64,000 nt of DNA, from positions 953 to 64,952 of the IMG/VR virus record IMGVR_UViG_3300025915_000017. The stretch is one strand, 5' to 3'. Each line of letters begins with the position of its first letter. Position 1 is the stretch's first letter. Origin of the DNA: a virus (lineage: Duplodnaviria > Caudoviricetes). The position numbers and the translations under genes are program-made. Below the pieces are notes generated by a model. That model searched no databases. It saw nothing but the letters and a program-made list of their open reading frames with translations, and was not told where the DNA came from. This document shows positions 36,833 to 46,982 of this stretch, one piece after another.

Positions 36833-37105
36833 TTAGTAGGGTTTGTACTTCTCGATATCCAGGTTGGGGAAAAATCCCTGTGCTTCCTCTGGTGAAAGAC
36901 TACTGCCATATCTTGCCACATTCTGCTCATCGATGTGCTTGTCTCTGCCATAACCAACGCCGATATATGCCTTCCATTGGTCGGTATAGGTTTCCACTGC
37001 AATGATACCAACACAAGCAGTGGTGTTAAAATCGAGAACCATATGGGCTAGCGTGCCATTGGTCCACCAGTGCGAGTCGAGTATTTTGTATTCTTCCATT
37101 ATCAC
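36833..37105 (-). CDS. Hypothetical protein
   Basis: 90-aa ORF ending the leftward operon. Confidence 0.6.
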   Translation of the reverse strand: MIMEEYKILDSHWWTNGTLAHMVLDFNTTACVGIIAVETYTDQWKAYIGVGYGRDKHIDEQNVARYGSSLSPEEAQGFFPNLDIEKYKPY

Positions 37106-37124
37106 TCTCTTGTTATTCTAGAGC

Positions 37125-37394
37125 TTAATAGCCAATGATCGTGGGCGGATTGCCAGACTTATACGCCTTCACCTGCTTGTCAATAAAGTCTTTATACTCC
37201 CCCTTAGAAAAGCCAGACAACACACGAATAAGTTTATCAAACTGGCTCTCATCAATCTGGTCTGCCTGGTAGACTTCCCATAGCTTGAGGACCGCACCAA
37301 CAATAAACCCTTGCCTATCTTCTGGTGAGTTTCTATAGTCTCTCTCAGCACTGGCCATATTGGTACGTATGGCACTTTCATAACGTCGCATCAT
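37125..37394 (-). CDS. Hypothetical protein
   Basis: 89-aa ORF in the leftward operon. Confidence 0.6.
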   Translation of the reverse strand: MMRRYESAIRTNMASAERDYRNSPEDRQGFIVGAVLKLWEVYQADQIDESQFDKLIRVLSGFSKGEYKDFIDKQVKAYKSGNPPTIIGY

Positions 37395-37396
37395 TG

Positions 37397-37693
37397 CTAT
37401 TCGTCTCCCGTTTCATCTATCCCGGCCACAACCACGTCACCACAGACGGTGATATGTCCATATCTACGAGGCTGATAGTGGTGGAGCAGTGCTGTTGCCA
37501 CCTGATTGACTGGCTTGCCCTTCAGCGAGTACTCGTCATCCATGAACATAAAAAGCCCGCCCTGGTCACGTCCAGTCAATGTTAATCCGGTCAGTGTGCC
37601 ATCTACCATATTGTGCAACTCCACATTGGTAAATTCCCGGCCAGCAGGGTGTACTTCTTCTTCGGTTCCATCAGATTTAATCCACCTGGCCAT
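37397..37693 (-). CDS. DUF3846-like protein
   Basis: IKSDGTEEEV, LHNMVDG, MFMDDE..LKGKPVNQVAT, CGDVVV. Confidence 0.65.
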   Translation of the reverse strand: MARWIKSDGTEEEVHPAGREFTNVELHNMVDGTLTGLTLTGRDQGGLFMFMDDEYSLKGKPVNQVATALLHHYQPRRYGHITVCGDVVVAGIDETGDE

Positions 37694-37694
37694 C

Positions 37695-37985
37695 CTATAA
37701 ACCTCCCTCTATTTCGTCTAACATTGCGAGCAATTCGGATTCTAGTTGTTGATCCTGCTCATAGGCTTCATCTGTTGGGGTATGGACGCCACGATTCATG
37801 CGCCGATCAAGATACGCTCGTTCGCGTTGCATTTTGACCTGCAATCTGGTACGTATCCCAGTGACCCAGATGCGTGCTTCATCTGGTGACATGTCCTTAA
37901 AGGGTTTGCGCGTGGTGAGCGTCCCCTGCGGAGTTGGTTGGTAATAGCTACTTGCTGGCTTCTGTCTTCGGCTCATGGCTCTCAC
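37695..37985 (-). CDS. Hypothetical protein
   Basis: Coupled to the integrase stop. Confidence 0.6.
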   Translation of the reverse strand: MRAMSRRQKPASSYYQPTPQGTLTTRKPFKDMSPDEARIWVTGIRTRLQVKMQRERAYLDRRMNRGVHTPTDEAYEQDQQLESELLAMLDEIEGGL

Positions 37986-38980
37986 TTTCTGCTTAGAAAT
38001 GCCAGTTTATCTACAGCGTTATCATCTAAGTTCAGTTTACGGCGTTGATAATGCTCTGTCTGTCTGGGATCTTTATGACGAGCTGCATACTGTACCTGAG
38101 TAAGCGTGGCGTTGTGCTCCAATGCTAGCGTGATAAATGTGGCTCGAAGACTGTGAGGGGTAAACCTGCGCCCAATCTTCTCGGCATACTTCAACACCAT
38201 GCGCTCTATCCACTTAGGATTAATCTGCTTCTCTGTGGGATGGTCGCCACGGTCAAATCCAACAAACAGCGGAGACTCTAGTGTAAGGTTTTTGCGCTCG
38301 GAGGCATCAAGCCATTCCTGTATGTAACGTTTTACATCAACTGGTAACTTTATCGTGTCCCTGTATCCACCTTTACCAGTGACACGAATGATATAATGCC
38401 CTCTATCCATATCGATGTTACCAACCTTCAATGCTGCACATTCAGCACGCCGCAGGCCAGTGCGCAGAAGAAGAGACATCACAGCATATTCTTGCTTGCC
38501 ATATTTCGTTGAGGTGTCAATGGCTTCCAACAATTGCAGCGCCTCGTTGTCGTCCAGGGCAATATGTGGCGAATCGTCCTCACTGATCTTGAGTGGTTTA
38601 ACACTCTCAGCCGGGTTGTAAGAAATCACCCCCATGCGTCTCTGCACGTCAAGGACCTGACGGGCGACAGTAAACATGCGATTGATGCGTCGTGGCGAGC
38701 GCCTCTTCCCTTCTTCGTTCTCCTCTCCCAGATAGTGCTGATAAGCGATCATATCAGCATAGGTAATATTGGTTGCATGAGTCAGGCCTCGCTCACCTAG
38801 AAAGGCAGCAAAGGTTTTTACGTCTCGCAGATATTCTAATTGTGAACGATCTGACTGGAGACGTTGTAAAACAGTTTCCATCACTTCATCGATGACAGGC
38901 ACGCCAACAGGTACAAGGTAATTGGTCAAGTAATTCTCCCCATAAAAACTTTGTATCTCAAAACGGGAATTTGTGTACAC
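37982..38980 (-). CDS. Tyrosine recombinase (XerC/D-like integrase)
   Basis: Catalytic set TGLRRAE (R), GKGG (K), HSLR, ARHKD (H), HYQR (Y); N-terminal SAM-like domain. Confidence 0.92.
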   Translation of the reverse strand: MYTNSRFEIQSFYGENYLTNYLVPVGVPVIDEVMETVLQRLQSDRSQLEYLRDVKTFAAFLGERGLTHATNITYADMIAYQHYLGEENEEGKRRSPRRINRMFTVARQVLDVQRRMGVISYNPAESVKPLKISEDDSPHIALDDNEALQLLEAIDTSTKYGKQEYAVMSLLLRTGLRRAECAALKVGNIDMDRGHYIIRVTGKGGYRDTIKLPVDVKRYIQEWLDASERKNLTLESPLFVGFDRGDHPTEKQINPKWIERMVLKYAEKIGRRFTPHSLRATFITLALEHNATLTQVQYAARHKDPRQTEHYQRRKLNLDDNAVDKLAFLSRK

Positions 38981-38988
38981 TATTCTTG

Positions 38989-39017
38989 AGTATACAGAAG
39001 AATTCGTTCACTGTCAA
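38989..39017 (-). promoter_or_regulatory. Sigma70-type promoter of the recombinase
   Basis: TTGACA-N17-TATACT on the minus strand, 8 nt before the GTG start. Confidence 0.7.
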
Positions 39018-39508
39018 TATATCGTTTAGTAGTTATTTTTCCTGTAGAATTCGTAGTTTGATAAAGTGATCCATTAACAAAGCCATTGCGAACAAAAAGA
39101 AAAGCACCAGGCAGATCGATCTTACCCAGTGCTGTGTAGTGATTCTTATGGCTACAAAGAAAAGCGGTTATCTGAACAATGTATTTTTTGTTACCTGCTC
39201 GGCCACAAGATCATGACTCGGCACTTCATAATACTCACTAGCCTTCTGTAATGCCTCTCCCATTGTGTTTGCATTCATATCTCCCAGATACTTACGTGGC
39301 TCGTCGGTATCAGCATTCTCGTAGTAAATCTTGAATGTGTGCATCGGTTTCTCCTTACTTATTTGGACTATTCCACTCTACGAATCGGGCCAGCACGAAT
39401 CCAGCCCCACAACAACTATGATGCTTTAATTAGAGGCTGCGCAGTATCAATGGTGCTAGCCAGTTGCTCACGTTGTTCACGGCTCAGCGTGGCGCCACCT
39501 GGCGGAAA

Positions 39509-39727
39509 CTACGCCAATCGCTCACCTACAATTTTGTCAAGCGCCTCTCTTGTGTCTGCATGCATTCGCGTACCATTGAACTCAGTAAAGAGTGGCTTTG
39601 CTTTCTCGTATCCCATGATACCTACAGGATTGAAACCAGCCGTTACAGCGTTATAGATAGCTGCTAGTTCCTCATTAGTCAGTTGGTCGGTGGTCATCTT
39701 TACTCCGACATACACAAATTTATTCAT
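39509..39727 (-). CDS. Hypothetical protein
   Basis: 72-aa ORF with RBS gaggag. Confidence 0.5.
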   Translation of the reverse strand: MNKFVYVGVKMTTDQLTNEELAAIYNAVTAGFNPVGIMGYEKAKPLFTEFNGTRMHADTREALDKIVGERLA

Positions 39728-39825
39728 ATTCTCCTCTTTCTCTTCAATTCATCGCCACAGCAGGCCCTCTCGCATCCGACGTGCAACCCAGTCACGAGAC
39801 AAGCCTGCTAGAAACGCATCCTACG

Positions 39826-40155
39826 CTACTCACTAATCTTCTTCAGATAGTCCGTCTCCATTACACCTGAGTTATATGCTGGCAGCGGAACCCACACAGC
39901 CGAGCTTGCTTTGTATGGTGCTATCTCGCTGAGATACTGCTCAACCTGTTCCATGGTATTGCAGTGCTTGTTGATAAGCCTATTCAAAGCAATCACCTGT
40001 ACACCATAGCCGCCACCCAGTTCATAGCGATCCTGTACAATCAGGATAAAGAGTCCAGATGCGCAGACAGCCAACTCACAGCCATATTCGCCAGTGTTCA
40101 AGGCATCGATAAGTGTATGCCGCGTTGGTAACGGCATTATTGTTTGATCAGACAT
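39826..40155 (-). CDS. Hypothetical protein
   Basis: 109-aa ORF with RBS aggag. Confidence 0.6.
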   Translation of the reverse strand: MSDQTIMPLPTRHTLIDALNTGEYGCELAVCASGLFILIVQDRYELGGGYGVQVIALNRLINKHCNTMEQVEQYLSEIAPYKASSAVWVPLPAYNSGVMETDYLKKISE

Positions 40156-40213
40156 ATACTTCTCCTACTACTTGATACAATTAAAACACAATCTATTTAT
40201 CTTTTCCCAGAAC

Positions 40214-40900
40214 TTACGAAGCCTTCTTGCTTCGGCTTTCTTCGATAATATCCAGCCCACGCGCCAACCTTGCGCACATTTCTGGTGTCCAGTTGTCTTC
40301 TGGAACATTTGCTTTAAGTACTTTCATCACCAATTGCTCAGGATTGATACCCAACTGGATGCTCCGTCTGCGCAGGTCGGCTGGCTCTGGCGCTCGTACT
40401 GTCGAAGTAGGCTGCGCAGATGGCTCATTTGGACGATCCACAGGCGCATCCACAATCCTATGCGCCTCGTCCAAATCGGGTGCAAACTGTGTACCATACC
40501 CTAACGCCGCAAGTGCTCGTCCAATTGCGCCCGTCTCTGCCTTCTCCAGCCAGTCAGGGAATGAAGCGGCCTTCTCCATCTTTGTGCCAGTAGCCACGCC
40601 ACCCTTCCCATCTCGCACCACCGCGCGAACAATGGCCACGCCACGTGCCGTCTTGACTACTTTTTCGCTGCGTCTCTTTTCGCTGTTCCAGGCAAATGTT
40701 TCTTCATCCATCTCTTTATCCAGATCCAGATGCACAATCTCTGTTTCAATCGTTCCTTGAGGGCATTGCTCGCGGAACCAGACAAGGCGCCACTGGACTG
40801 GTAGATAATCCTTGCTACCCTCACGACTCTTGAGCTGCAGCAAATGTTCTCTGGGGTTGAAGCTTCTCTGATTCTCTTCTGCCATCGTTTTCTTCTCCAT
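40214..40900 (-). CDS. Single-strand annealing protein (Rad52/Rad22-like)
   Basis: KDYLPVQWRLVWFRE, ATGTKME, EKAETGAIGRALAALGYG. Confidence 0.65.
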   Translation of the reverse strand: MEKKTMAEENQRSFNPREHLLQLKSREGSKDYLPVQWRLVWFREQCPQGTIETEIVHLDLDKEMDEETFAWNSEKRRSEKVVKTARGVAIVRAVVRDGKGGVATGTKMEKAASFPDWLEKAETGAIGRALAALGYGTQFAPDLDEAHRIVDAPVDRPNEPSAQPTSTVRAPEPADLRRRSIQLGINPEQLVMKVLKANVPEDNWTPEMCARLARGLDIIEESRSKKAS

Positions 40901-40905
40901 TCCAT

Positions 40906-41118
40906 CTAGGCGTTATGTAACGCCCTGAGATTTTCAATCTTTTCCGGTGCCATCATGTCGTAGTCAATCGTGCCAGATGCTTCTTGCTCTAACATTGCCG
41001 CGTGAAATAACAGCACTCGCGCCGTTTCACGCATCCTCTCGGCCTGTCGCAAGAGTGGGGAGATGCGGCGCTGTTCACGCTCGCTTCTCCACTGGGCCAG
41101 ATCAATCACGTTGCTCAT
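40906..41118 (-). CDS. Hypothetical protein
   Basis: MSNVIDLAQWR start coupled to the upstream gene. Confidence 0.5.
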   Translation of the reverse strand: MSNVIDLAQWRSEREQRRISPLLRQAERMRETARVLLFHAAMLEQEASGTIDYDMMAPEKIENLRALHNA

Positions 41119-41759
41119 CAAGCCACCTCTTGGTACTGGCACTCAGCAATCATCTGCTTCAACTCTGCCAGTACTGCCTGCCTGTGCTCGTCGCTGTCTG
41201 TCTCGATGAAACGGCAGGCCCAGTCCTCATAGCCACCAATAAAGCAAATGTTGTATCCCTGCTCATCCTTGAAGTGCTGCCATTTCCCATTCTCATCGCG
41301 GTATTGTGGCATCAGGTCGCCATGGCTGGGAACATTGCGTAGTTCCCGAGCCGCCACCTCAGTAGCAGGCTCAGGAGCAACAACACTGGACTTTTCCAGA
41401 TGGTCGGCGAGGATGTGCTGGTGTCGGCACACGTGGCGGATGCGTCCAGCCGGGCAGGTACAAGCGTGCTTGTTCAGGCTCTCACTCCACTTCAGCAGGT
41501 AGTACCAGCCCTGCTCATTGCTGGCGACGAAATAGAGTGTCATCCCTTTGAGTACCGAGACATCCTGCGTGCTGATGACTTGATAGCCATCTTTGCGCAC
41601 CCACATCGTCACGGTTGGCATTTTGAAGTCTTCACGAGCGCTTATCTTAACAACCTGACTTTTCGTCCAGTCAATTCTCACCATTAATGCTTGCTGCTCA
41701 GAAGATGGTCCCAACTTTTGGATTTTCAGGCTTCTTTTGCTTGTGCTATGTGCTACCAT
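41118..41759 (-). CDS. SWIM zinc-finger protein
   Basis: CTCPAGRIRHVCRHQ (CxC...CxH). Confidence 0.7.
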   Translation of the reverse strand: MVAHSTSKRSLKIQKLGPSSEQQALMVRIDWTKSQVVKISAREDFKMPTVTMWVRKDGYQVISTQDVSVLKGMTLYFVASNEQGWYYLLKWSESLNKHACTCPAGRIRHVCRHQHILADHLEKSSVVAPEPATEVAARELRNVPSHGDLMPQYRDENGKWQHFKDEQGYNICFIGGYEDWACRFIETDSDEHRQAVLAELKQMIAECQYQEVA

Positions 41760-41843
41760 GATTGTTACCTCCCTAGTGGATGGGCCACTCGCTTTGCTTA
41801 CCGGCTGCGTGAGTGGCGTTTTTTTGTTTCCTTCAATGATCTA

Positions 41844-41872
41844 AGTATACCTGATTGTCGCTACTTTGTCAA
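41844..41872 (-). promoter_or_regulatory. Consensus early promoter
   Basis: TTGACA-N17-TATACT on the minus strand, followed by a gccactc/gagtggc hairpin. Confidence 0.7.
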
Positions 41873-41972
41873 TACTTTAACAACGAAAATAACACCAATT
41901 TCCACCCTTGAAAATATTCATTTTACATGCTAAGATAGTAGCGACATAGTAGCTTTTCAAGAAGAGGGGAAC

Positions 41973-42314
41973 ATGGCAAGACTTTATACACGCACGCAAA
42001 TGAATGAGGCGCTTAAAGAACTGCGGATCAAGCCAGTAGAAAACAGAGTGACTAGCCAGGAATCTGCGGCTATTCTCTCCTGGCGAGCCAAACAGGAGCA
42101 TCAAACGGATTATACCTACACGGATAGATCAGTACGTCGTCACGTCACGCTGGGCAATCTCAAAGACATTAAGCGGGTAAGCACACGGCACAGCCTCTAT
42201 AGCCTAGAGGAAGTTTTTGAGTTACCACTCAAGCCAAGGCACCAGAGCCACAAAGATGGGGTGCTTGCTGGCTATGGCGATGCCAGCAAATCAGCACAAA
42301 AGCAGCAGTCATAA
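41973..42314 (+). CDS. MerR/excisionase-like winged-helix protein
   Basis: VTSQESAAIL...SVRRHVTLGNL...LYSLEEV. Confidence 0.6.
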   Translation: MARLYTRTQMNEALKELRIKPVENRVTSQESAAILSWRAKQEHQTDYTYTDRSVRRHVTLGNLKDIKRVSTRHSLYSLEEVFELPLKPRHQSHKDGVLAGYGDASKSAQKQQS

Positions 42315-42470
42315 TCAAAATGCATTAAATTGTCTTTTGGTGGATGTCGAAAGAGAAAAGCGGCAGTCATACTCCACCAAAACGCAAATCATTGCATATA
42401 CAAGATGCAATGCAATAACATGCAATTGACAATGTTATCCTCTGTTATGACTTTTGTGGATAAAAAAGAC

Positions 42471-42497
42471 GTGAGGCCGCTTTAAAAGCGGCCTCAC
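42471..42497. terminator. Bidirectional terminator
   Basis: gtgaggccgcttt / aaagcggcctcac IR flanked by A and T tracts. Confidence 0.7.
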
Positions 42498-42571
42498 TTT
42501 ACTTTTCCGGTTTTTAGGTTATACTTGTAGCAACCATTGAAAAAGGGGATTCTTACATTTCCAGATTTTTG

Positions 42572-43048
42572 TTAAGAGTCTCCTTCTTCCCCCTTGAATC
42601 GTGTCAGTTCTCCTTTCAATCGTTCAACCTCCTCCAGGGCCAGCGTTAAGTTGTGCTCAGGATCGTCTTTTCTCTTCAATGTCTCGACGACTCTTTTTCG
42701 CAACTCATCGCGCTCCCTGATCACTGTGGCAATGAATTCAATGTTGCGTAACGCTTCATCAGCCTGGCTGACAGTTCCATCCCCTCGAAACCAAGAAATC
42801 AAAAAAAATTTGTCCCAGGTAATCGGCAGCGGGATATTTTGCTGCTGCGCCAACATGTGATATTTTTCCATGATGGCAATTGCATGTTTGTCACTCACAC
42901 CCCCATCTCCATAAATGGATTGAGACAACGCCCCTCGTGTTATCCCAATGTGACGCGCTACTCGTGCGTAACTTGTTCCACAAATGGTATTCATGGCCTC
43001 CATCCATCTCCCAAAACGGTTTTTTTCGCCGGGGAGAGCCTCCGACAT
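42572..43048 (-). CDS. XRE-family HTH regulator (repressor candidate)
   Basis: SYARVARHIGITRGALSQ HTH; C-terminal coiled coil. Confidence 0.65.
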   Translation of the reverse strand: MSEALPGEKNRFGRWMEAMNTICGTSYARVARHIGITRGALSQSIYGDGGVSDKHAIAIMEKYHMLAQQQNIPLPITWDKFFLISWFRGDGTVSQADEALRNIEFIATVIRERDELRKRVVETLKRKDDPEHNLTLALEEVERLKGELTRFKGEEGDS

Positions 43049-43219
43049 TTTGCAACGTACCTCCCATACTTGTACTTTTGTTTAGTGATACTAAGCACTA
43101 AAAAGCTATTCAATTGGCTTATCAAGCCATTTCAACTATACAGCATGGGCGGTGACAATACTAGAAAAAGCTAAGAATCTTCTCAGCTTGTGCTGATGGA
43201 TAGAGCTATTTACACCTGT

Positions 43220-43636
43220 CTATTCGTGCCGATTTGTGTCAAAGAGCCACCCTGGCAATTGACTAGCCTGCTCATCCCCTCTCACAATTGCTTGTGTCTG
43301 AGTAGAATGATGAACATACGGCTCAGCCTTACGCAACTCCTCAAGCCAGCGGCGGGTTTCTCCATCTAACCCTAAGCCAACGGCTATGAGAGAGAGCGTT
43401 TTTTCGCTAATACTGGACTCTCCTTTGATTGCACGGCCAACGGTGGCACGATGGAGCCGTACGGTTGCCATGTCTGCAAGCAGTCTTTCGGCTGGATCAG
43501 GAATGGCATCAATCATCTCTTTCACTTGATCATTCGCGCGGCGTGCAATCTGGGCTGGTTTGAGTCCAGACTTACGCACCACCTGGGCGAGTGCTTCAAA
43601 GAAAGAAATGTCTGTGTCTGGTGACGTTTCTATCAT
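43220..43636 (-). CDS. XRE-like HTH regulator
   Basis: SGLKPAQIARRA...HRATVGRAIKGESSISEKTLSLIAVGL. Confidence 0.6.
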   Translation of the reverse strand: MIETSPDTDISFFEALAQVVRKSGLKPAQIARRANDQVKEMIDAIPDPAERLLADMATVRLHRATVGRAIKGESSISEKTLSLIAVGLGLDGETRRWLEELRKAEPYVHHSTQTQAIVRGDEQASQLPGWLFDTNRHE

Positions 43637-43680
43637 TTTGCGCCTTTCTCCATTTGATAAGAAAATGATAAGCAAAAAGC

Positions 43681-43710
43681 TTGACATGCTTAGTGTCGCT
43701 AAACTATACT
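43681..43710 (+). promoter_or_regulatory. Rightward promoter in the divergent control region
   Basis: TTGACA-N18-TATACT; palindrome gacaac-agaaa-gttgtc nearby. Confidence 0.55.
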
Positions 43711-44136
43711 TGCTTAGTCTTTTCTTGTTGTGCGACAACAGAAAGTTGTCAAGCAACATCGATAGTATACCATTACTCTGTAGTTAAGACGAGTTGATTG
43801 AAGAAATTGATGCGAATAGAGAGTTATATATTATTTTCTGACTATTCCTAAGTATTGGCACCTTATCACACAGAAATAGTTGCTCTCACTCTCTCCTCGT
43901 CACGTGCAGAGGATTGGTTGAGCCTATGTCATTGTAGCATAGGCAAAATACCTGCTTGCTTGCTTAGCGGGAAAAGTACTACTCAACTGGCATGATGCCA
44001 GTTGCGATCCGGTGGAAGGCATGGACAGGGATGAGGGCAGTATTCCACCACAGAGAACCAGGCGCGAAAGTAGGGCTCGCGTGCTGCTTCTCCTCTGTTT
44101 TTATTGTTTACGATGAAGTGGCAGAAGGGAAAGACT

Positions 44137-44658
44137 ATGCACAGTCCCATATCCCCTATACGACAAAAGGCCCTGGTTCGAGAATTACGGCACTTGATAG
44201 ATCGGCAATCCAAGATAGGCCGATCTCATGAAACGCCTTTCCACGGTGTGACTACTCCCCCTTATATCCCTATACCAACCATCGCATCAGTGCCAGCGAT
44301 GCAGGTGGAACTCATCCCAACAACCCGGCTAACCCTTAACACGAATAACACTGGAGATATTGACATGACCATCACCACGATTACACAAGAAGACAAGCAG
44401 GCAAGCGAACAAATAGAAGAGGTGGAAGAGCCATCAAGAGAAGAGATCCAACGTATCAAACGTCTGGTCCAAGAAAAACTCTTGAAACATTGGCATGAGC
44501 ATGACCAGAAGCTTCCCAAAAAAATCAGGATAAGCGCCCACAACTTGATTCCCCTGGTTGCAAATAACCTGGTGGAAACGGTGTTCTATCTCAAGGAGAC
44601 CAATGTTATCATCGAGTCTGACCCCAAGGTTGGTGACGATATTCAATGCGATGTTTGA
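44137..44658 (+). CDS. Hypothetical protein
   Basis: First long rightward ORF after the control region. Confidence 0.6.
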   Translation: MHSPISPIRQKALVRELRHLIDRQSKIGRSHETPFHGVTTPPYIPIPTIASVPAMQVELIPTTRLTLNTNNTGDIDMTITTITQEDKQASEQIEEVEEPSREEIQRIKRLVQEKLLKHWHEHDQKLPKKIRISAHNLIPLVANNLVETVFYLKETNVIIESDPKVGDDIQCDV

Positions 44659-44850
44659 TTTTTTCACTCGAAAACGCAAATTTATCAATCCATTAACACA
44701 CTATTGGTTTCATCGCCATCAGATCGCAGAGGATTTCCCGGTCTCTCTGCCACCAGAGGAGGATGAGACCGTCTTTACCACGACCCTAGTACTTGAAGCC
44801 ATAAATTATGAAACTGAACCTATGTTCACAGAAAAAAGAGGAAAAATAGC

Positions 44851-45090
44851 ATGAGTTACACAAAGAAAAATAACACAGAGCAAGTACCAGAGACACATGA
44901 CAAACTTTTGACCGTGGCCGAAGTCGCCCGCAGGCTGCGCGTTGACGATACAACCGTACGTCGCTGGATTAAGAATGGCGTATTAGATGCCATCGTCTTG
45001 CCTCACGTGCGAACCCGTCTGGCCTATCGCATCAGGCAGTCTACACTCGATGCTCTCTTTACCCCAGCAGAGAGAAAGGCGGCCTCATGA
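44851..45090 (+). CDS. Excisionase-like HTH protein
   Basis: LLTVAEVARRLRVDDTTVRRWIKNGVL. Confidence 0.85.
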   Translation: MSYTKKNNTEQVPETHDKLLTVAEVARRLRVDDTTVRRWIKNGVLDAIVLPHVRTRLAYRIRQSTLDALFTPAERKAAS

Positions 45091-45215
45091 TCATCCCGGC
45101 CAACACCACCATTGTTTTTCGGCACGGGCCATTTGCTCGTCTCTCACATTTGATACAACAGTGGCAAATCGAAAAATAGAGGAAGAACGAAAACGTTTTC
45201 GTACGGAGGTGCGCG

Positions 45216-45428
45216 ATGTCCGAGAGTCCACTGCCACAGTTGAACAGGGCGATTGCTCACATTGACACGCTCTGGCAACAACAGCAACAGATTGACCAGG
45301 GCACGATTAATCGGTTCCGTCTCATGTCTCTTTACGCACAGGTCTGGGGGCTCACGCTCCCGGCCCGCGCCGATTGGCAGTGCCAGATTGTCGAGGGCAG
45401 CATAAGCGAGGTACAAGATGCCCAATAA
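45216..45428 (+). CDS. Hypothetical protein
   Basis: RBS ggagg; coupled operon. Confidence 0.55.
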   Translation: MSESPLPQLNRAIAHIDTLWQQQQQIDQGTINRFRLMSLYAQVWGLTLPARADWQCQIVEGSISEVQDAQ

Positions 45429-45606
45429 TCTCATCCTGGCACGTCGCAACTTACAAACGATTTTACAGGCTCTGGCAGCTGCGTCTACACACTCAACCAC
45501 TGCCGAGTCTGAATATCGCACGTTGAAACGATTCGTTGAAAGCTGCCCAGAACAGCAAGTTTTTGAGCTAGTCGTGAGAAAGGAAAATAAAAAGCACCAT
45601 GCGTAA
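45418..45606 (+). CDS. Hypothetical protein
   Basis: Overlap-coupled. Confidence 0.5.
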   Translation: MPNNLILARRNLQTILQALAAASTHSTTAESEYRTLKRFVESCPEQQVFELVVRKENKKHHA

Positions 45607-45850
45607 GATCATAACTTGTGCGCAACTAAAGGGAGGCAATACATTTGATGTTGTGAACACTCAAACATCTCAGTGCCCACTCGCCGTCCATCTTCCTGAG
45701 TTCACACAAGACTTTGATTTGCTCCTTCGCTTTTTGATAGAGGCGGGGATCGTGCGCAATAACCGCGGGCATCTCGAATTTGCAGAGATGCATAGTTCCT
45801 GCCCATTCGCTCAACAAAAGACACAACCACTGGAGGAAAACCCATCGTGA
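45599..45850 (+). CDS. Hypothetical protein
   Basis: Overlap-coupled. Confidence 0.5.
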   Translation: MRKIITCAQLKGGNTFDVVNTQTSQCPLAVHLPEFTQDFDLLLRFLIEAGIVRNNRGHLEFAEMHSSCPFAQQKTQPLEENPS

Positions 45851-46104
45851 CCCATTATGACGTTCTCACTATCACCATACTGGCAGGCCTGGTCCTTCTT
45901 GTCCCGTTTGTTGCCATGGCATTTTACCAAAAAGGGTGCCGGGATACGTGGCGATCTGCTGATGAGATAACACAAGTCGAACCACTTGTGCCATTGCCAA
46001 CAACGGAGCCACAGCCCATGATGCTACACAGTAGCATCATCACCTGGGAAAAGATCACCACCAATTGCCAAACATGTCAGGATGAACAGGAACACGTATC
46101 GTGA
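45847..46104 (+). CDS. Small membrane-anchored protein
   Basis: N-terminal TM helix; RBS ggagg. Confidence 0.5.
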   Translation: MTHYDVLTITILAGLVLLVPFVAMAFYQKGCRDTWRSADEITQVEPLVPLPTTEPQPMMLHSSIITWEKITTNCQTCQDEQEHVS

Positions 46105-46298
46105 TTGTCTTGCTGGCCCTGCTCGGGATCATCCTGGCCAGAGGCTTCGATGTCATCTCAAGCAGGCACTTCTATGCAGCATTGATGGTGTGGAGCGTTC
46201 TGGTTCTGGCCCTGCAAGTGGTGGAAGAGTATAGACAACGGCTACACGAAGAAAATAGAAGTAACTAACTAATTATTAGCATAGGAGGTTCGTAGGGT

Positions 46299-46499
46299 AT
46301 GACCACACAAGAAATACAAAAATTACAACAAGCAGGTTTTACCATCGATCAGATAGCGGAGATTGACAAGAAGATGAGCAGGCGGGCTGGTTTTCGAGCA
46401 CTGATACGGATGGCGCAGACGGTGCAAGATTATGAGACGCCAGAAAGCGAGTGGACAGAAGCATGGAAAATAGCCGCGGTGATGAGGTGCGCACAATGA
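46299..46499 (+). CDS. Hypothetical protein
   Basis: RBS aggagg upstream. Confidence 0.55.
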   Translation: MTTQEIQKLQQAGFTIDQIAEIDKKMSRRAGFRALIRMAQTVQDYETPESEWTEAWKIAAVMRCAQ

Positions 46500-46982
46500 C
46501 CACAACAGAAGATCTGCCAGCGCTGCAACCAATCATCATCACCAAACAATGTAGCCATTCATGGCTGGCCTGGGTTGACTATGATCGTCTCATCAATACC
46601 GAATCGGGCTTGACGGAAGCCGAAGCCATAGGCAAGGTACACATGATGCATCCTGAACTATTTGGCCCAGTTCAGCGAATGGGGGATAGCCGTGAATAAT
46701 GACAAGTTTCGTGACTTCCCCGACTGGCCTCTGCGTCATAAACTGGCCCACTACGCCGGGACTGGCTGCGGCACTATCGTGAGTGCCGTTTTATTGGCTG
46801 TCATCTGGGCAATTGCCCTCTGGCAGTGGCTTTGGAGGGATCTGTGACGCGCAAAGAGTATGTATTTCTGGTGTGCTGGCTGGCAGGGAGTAGCACGCTC
46901 GCAATGGTGTTGCTGGTGGTTGGCTGGCCAGTGGTGTTTTGTCCATGGATCTGGCGTGGATATACCGCATGGAGCCTTGAAG

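Noticed and set aside
39020-39340. attP/attL core or dif-like site next to the recombinase
   Set aside because: No duplicated core or convincing 11-6-11 dyad could be identified by eye
41800-41815. GCAGCCGGTAAGC in the early-leader loop as a fourth GAGCC element
   Set aside because: It lies in a loop rather than the stem, has mismatches and lacks the U tract; may be chance
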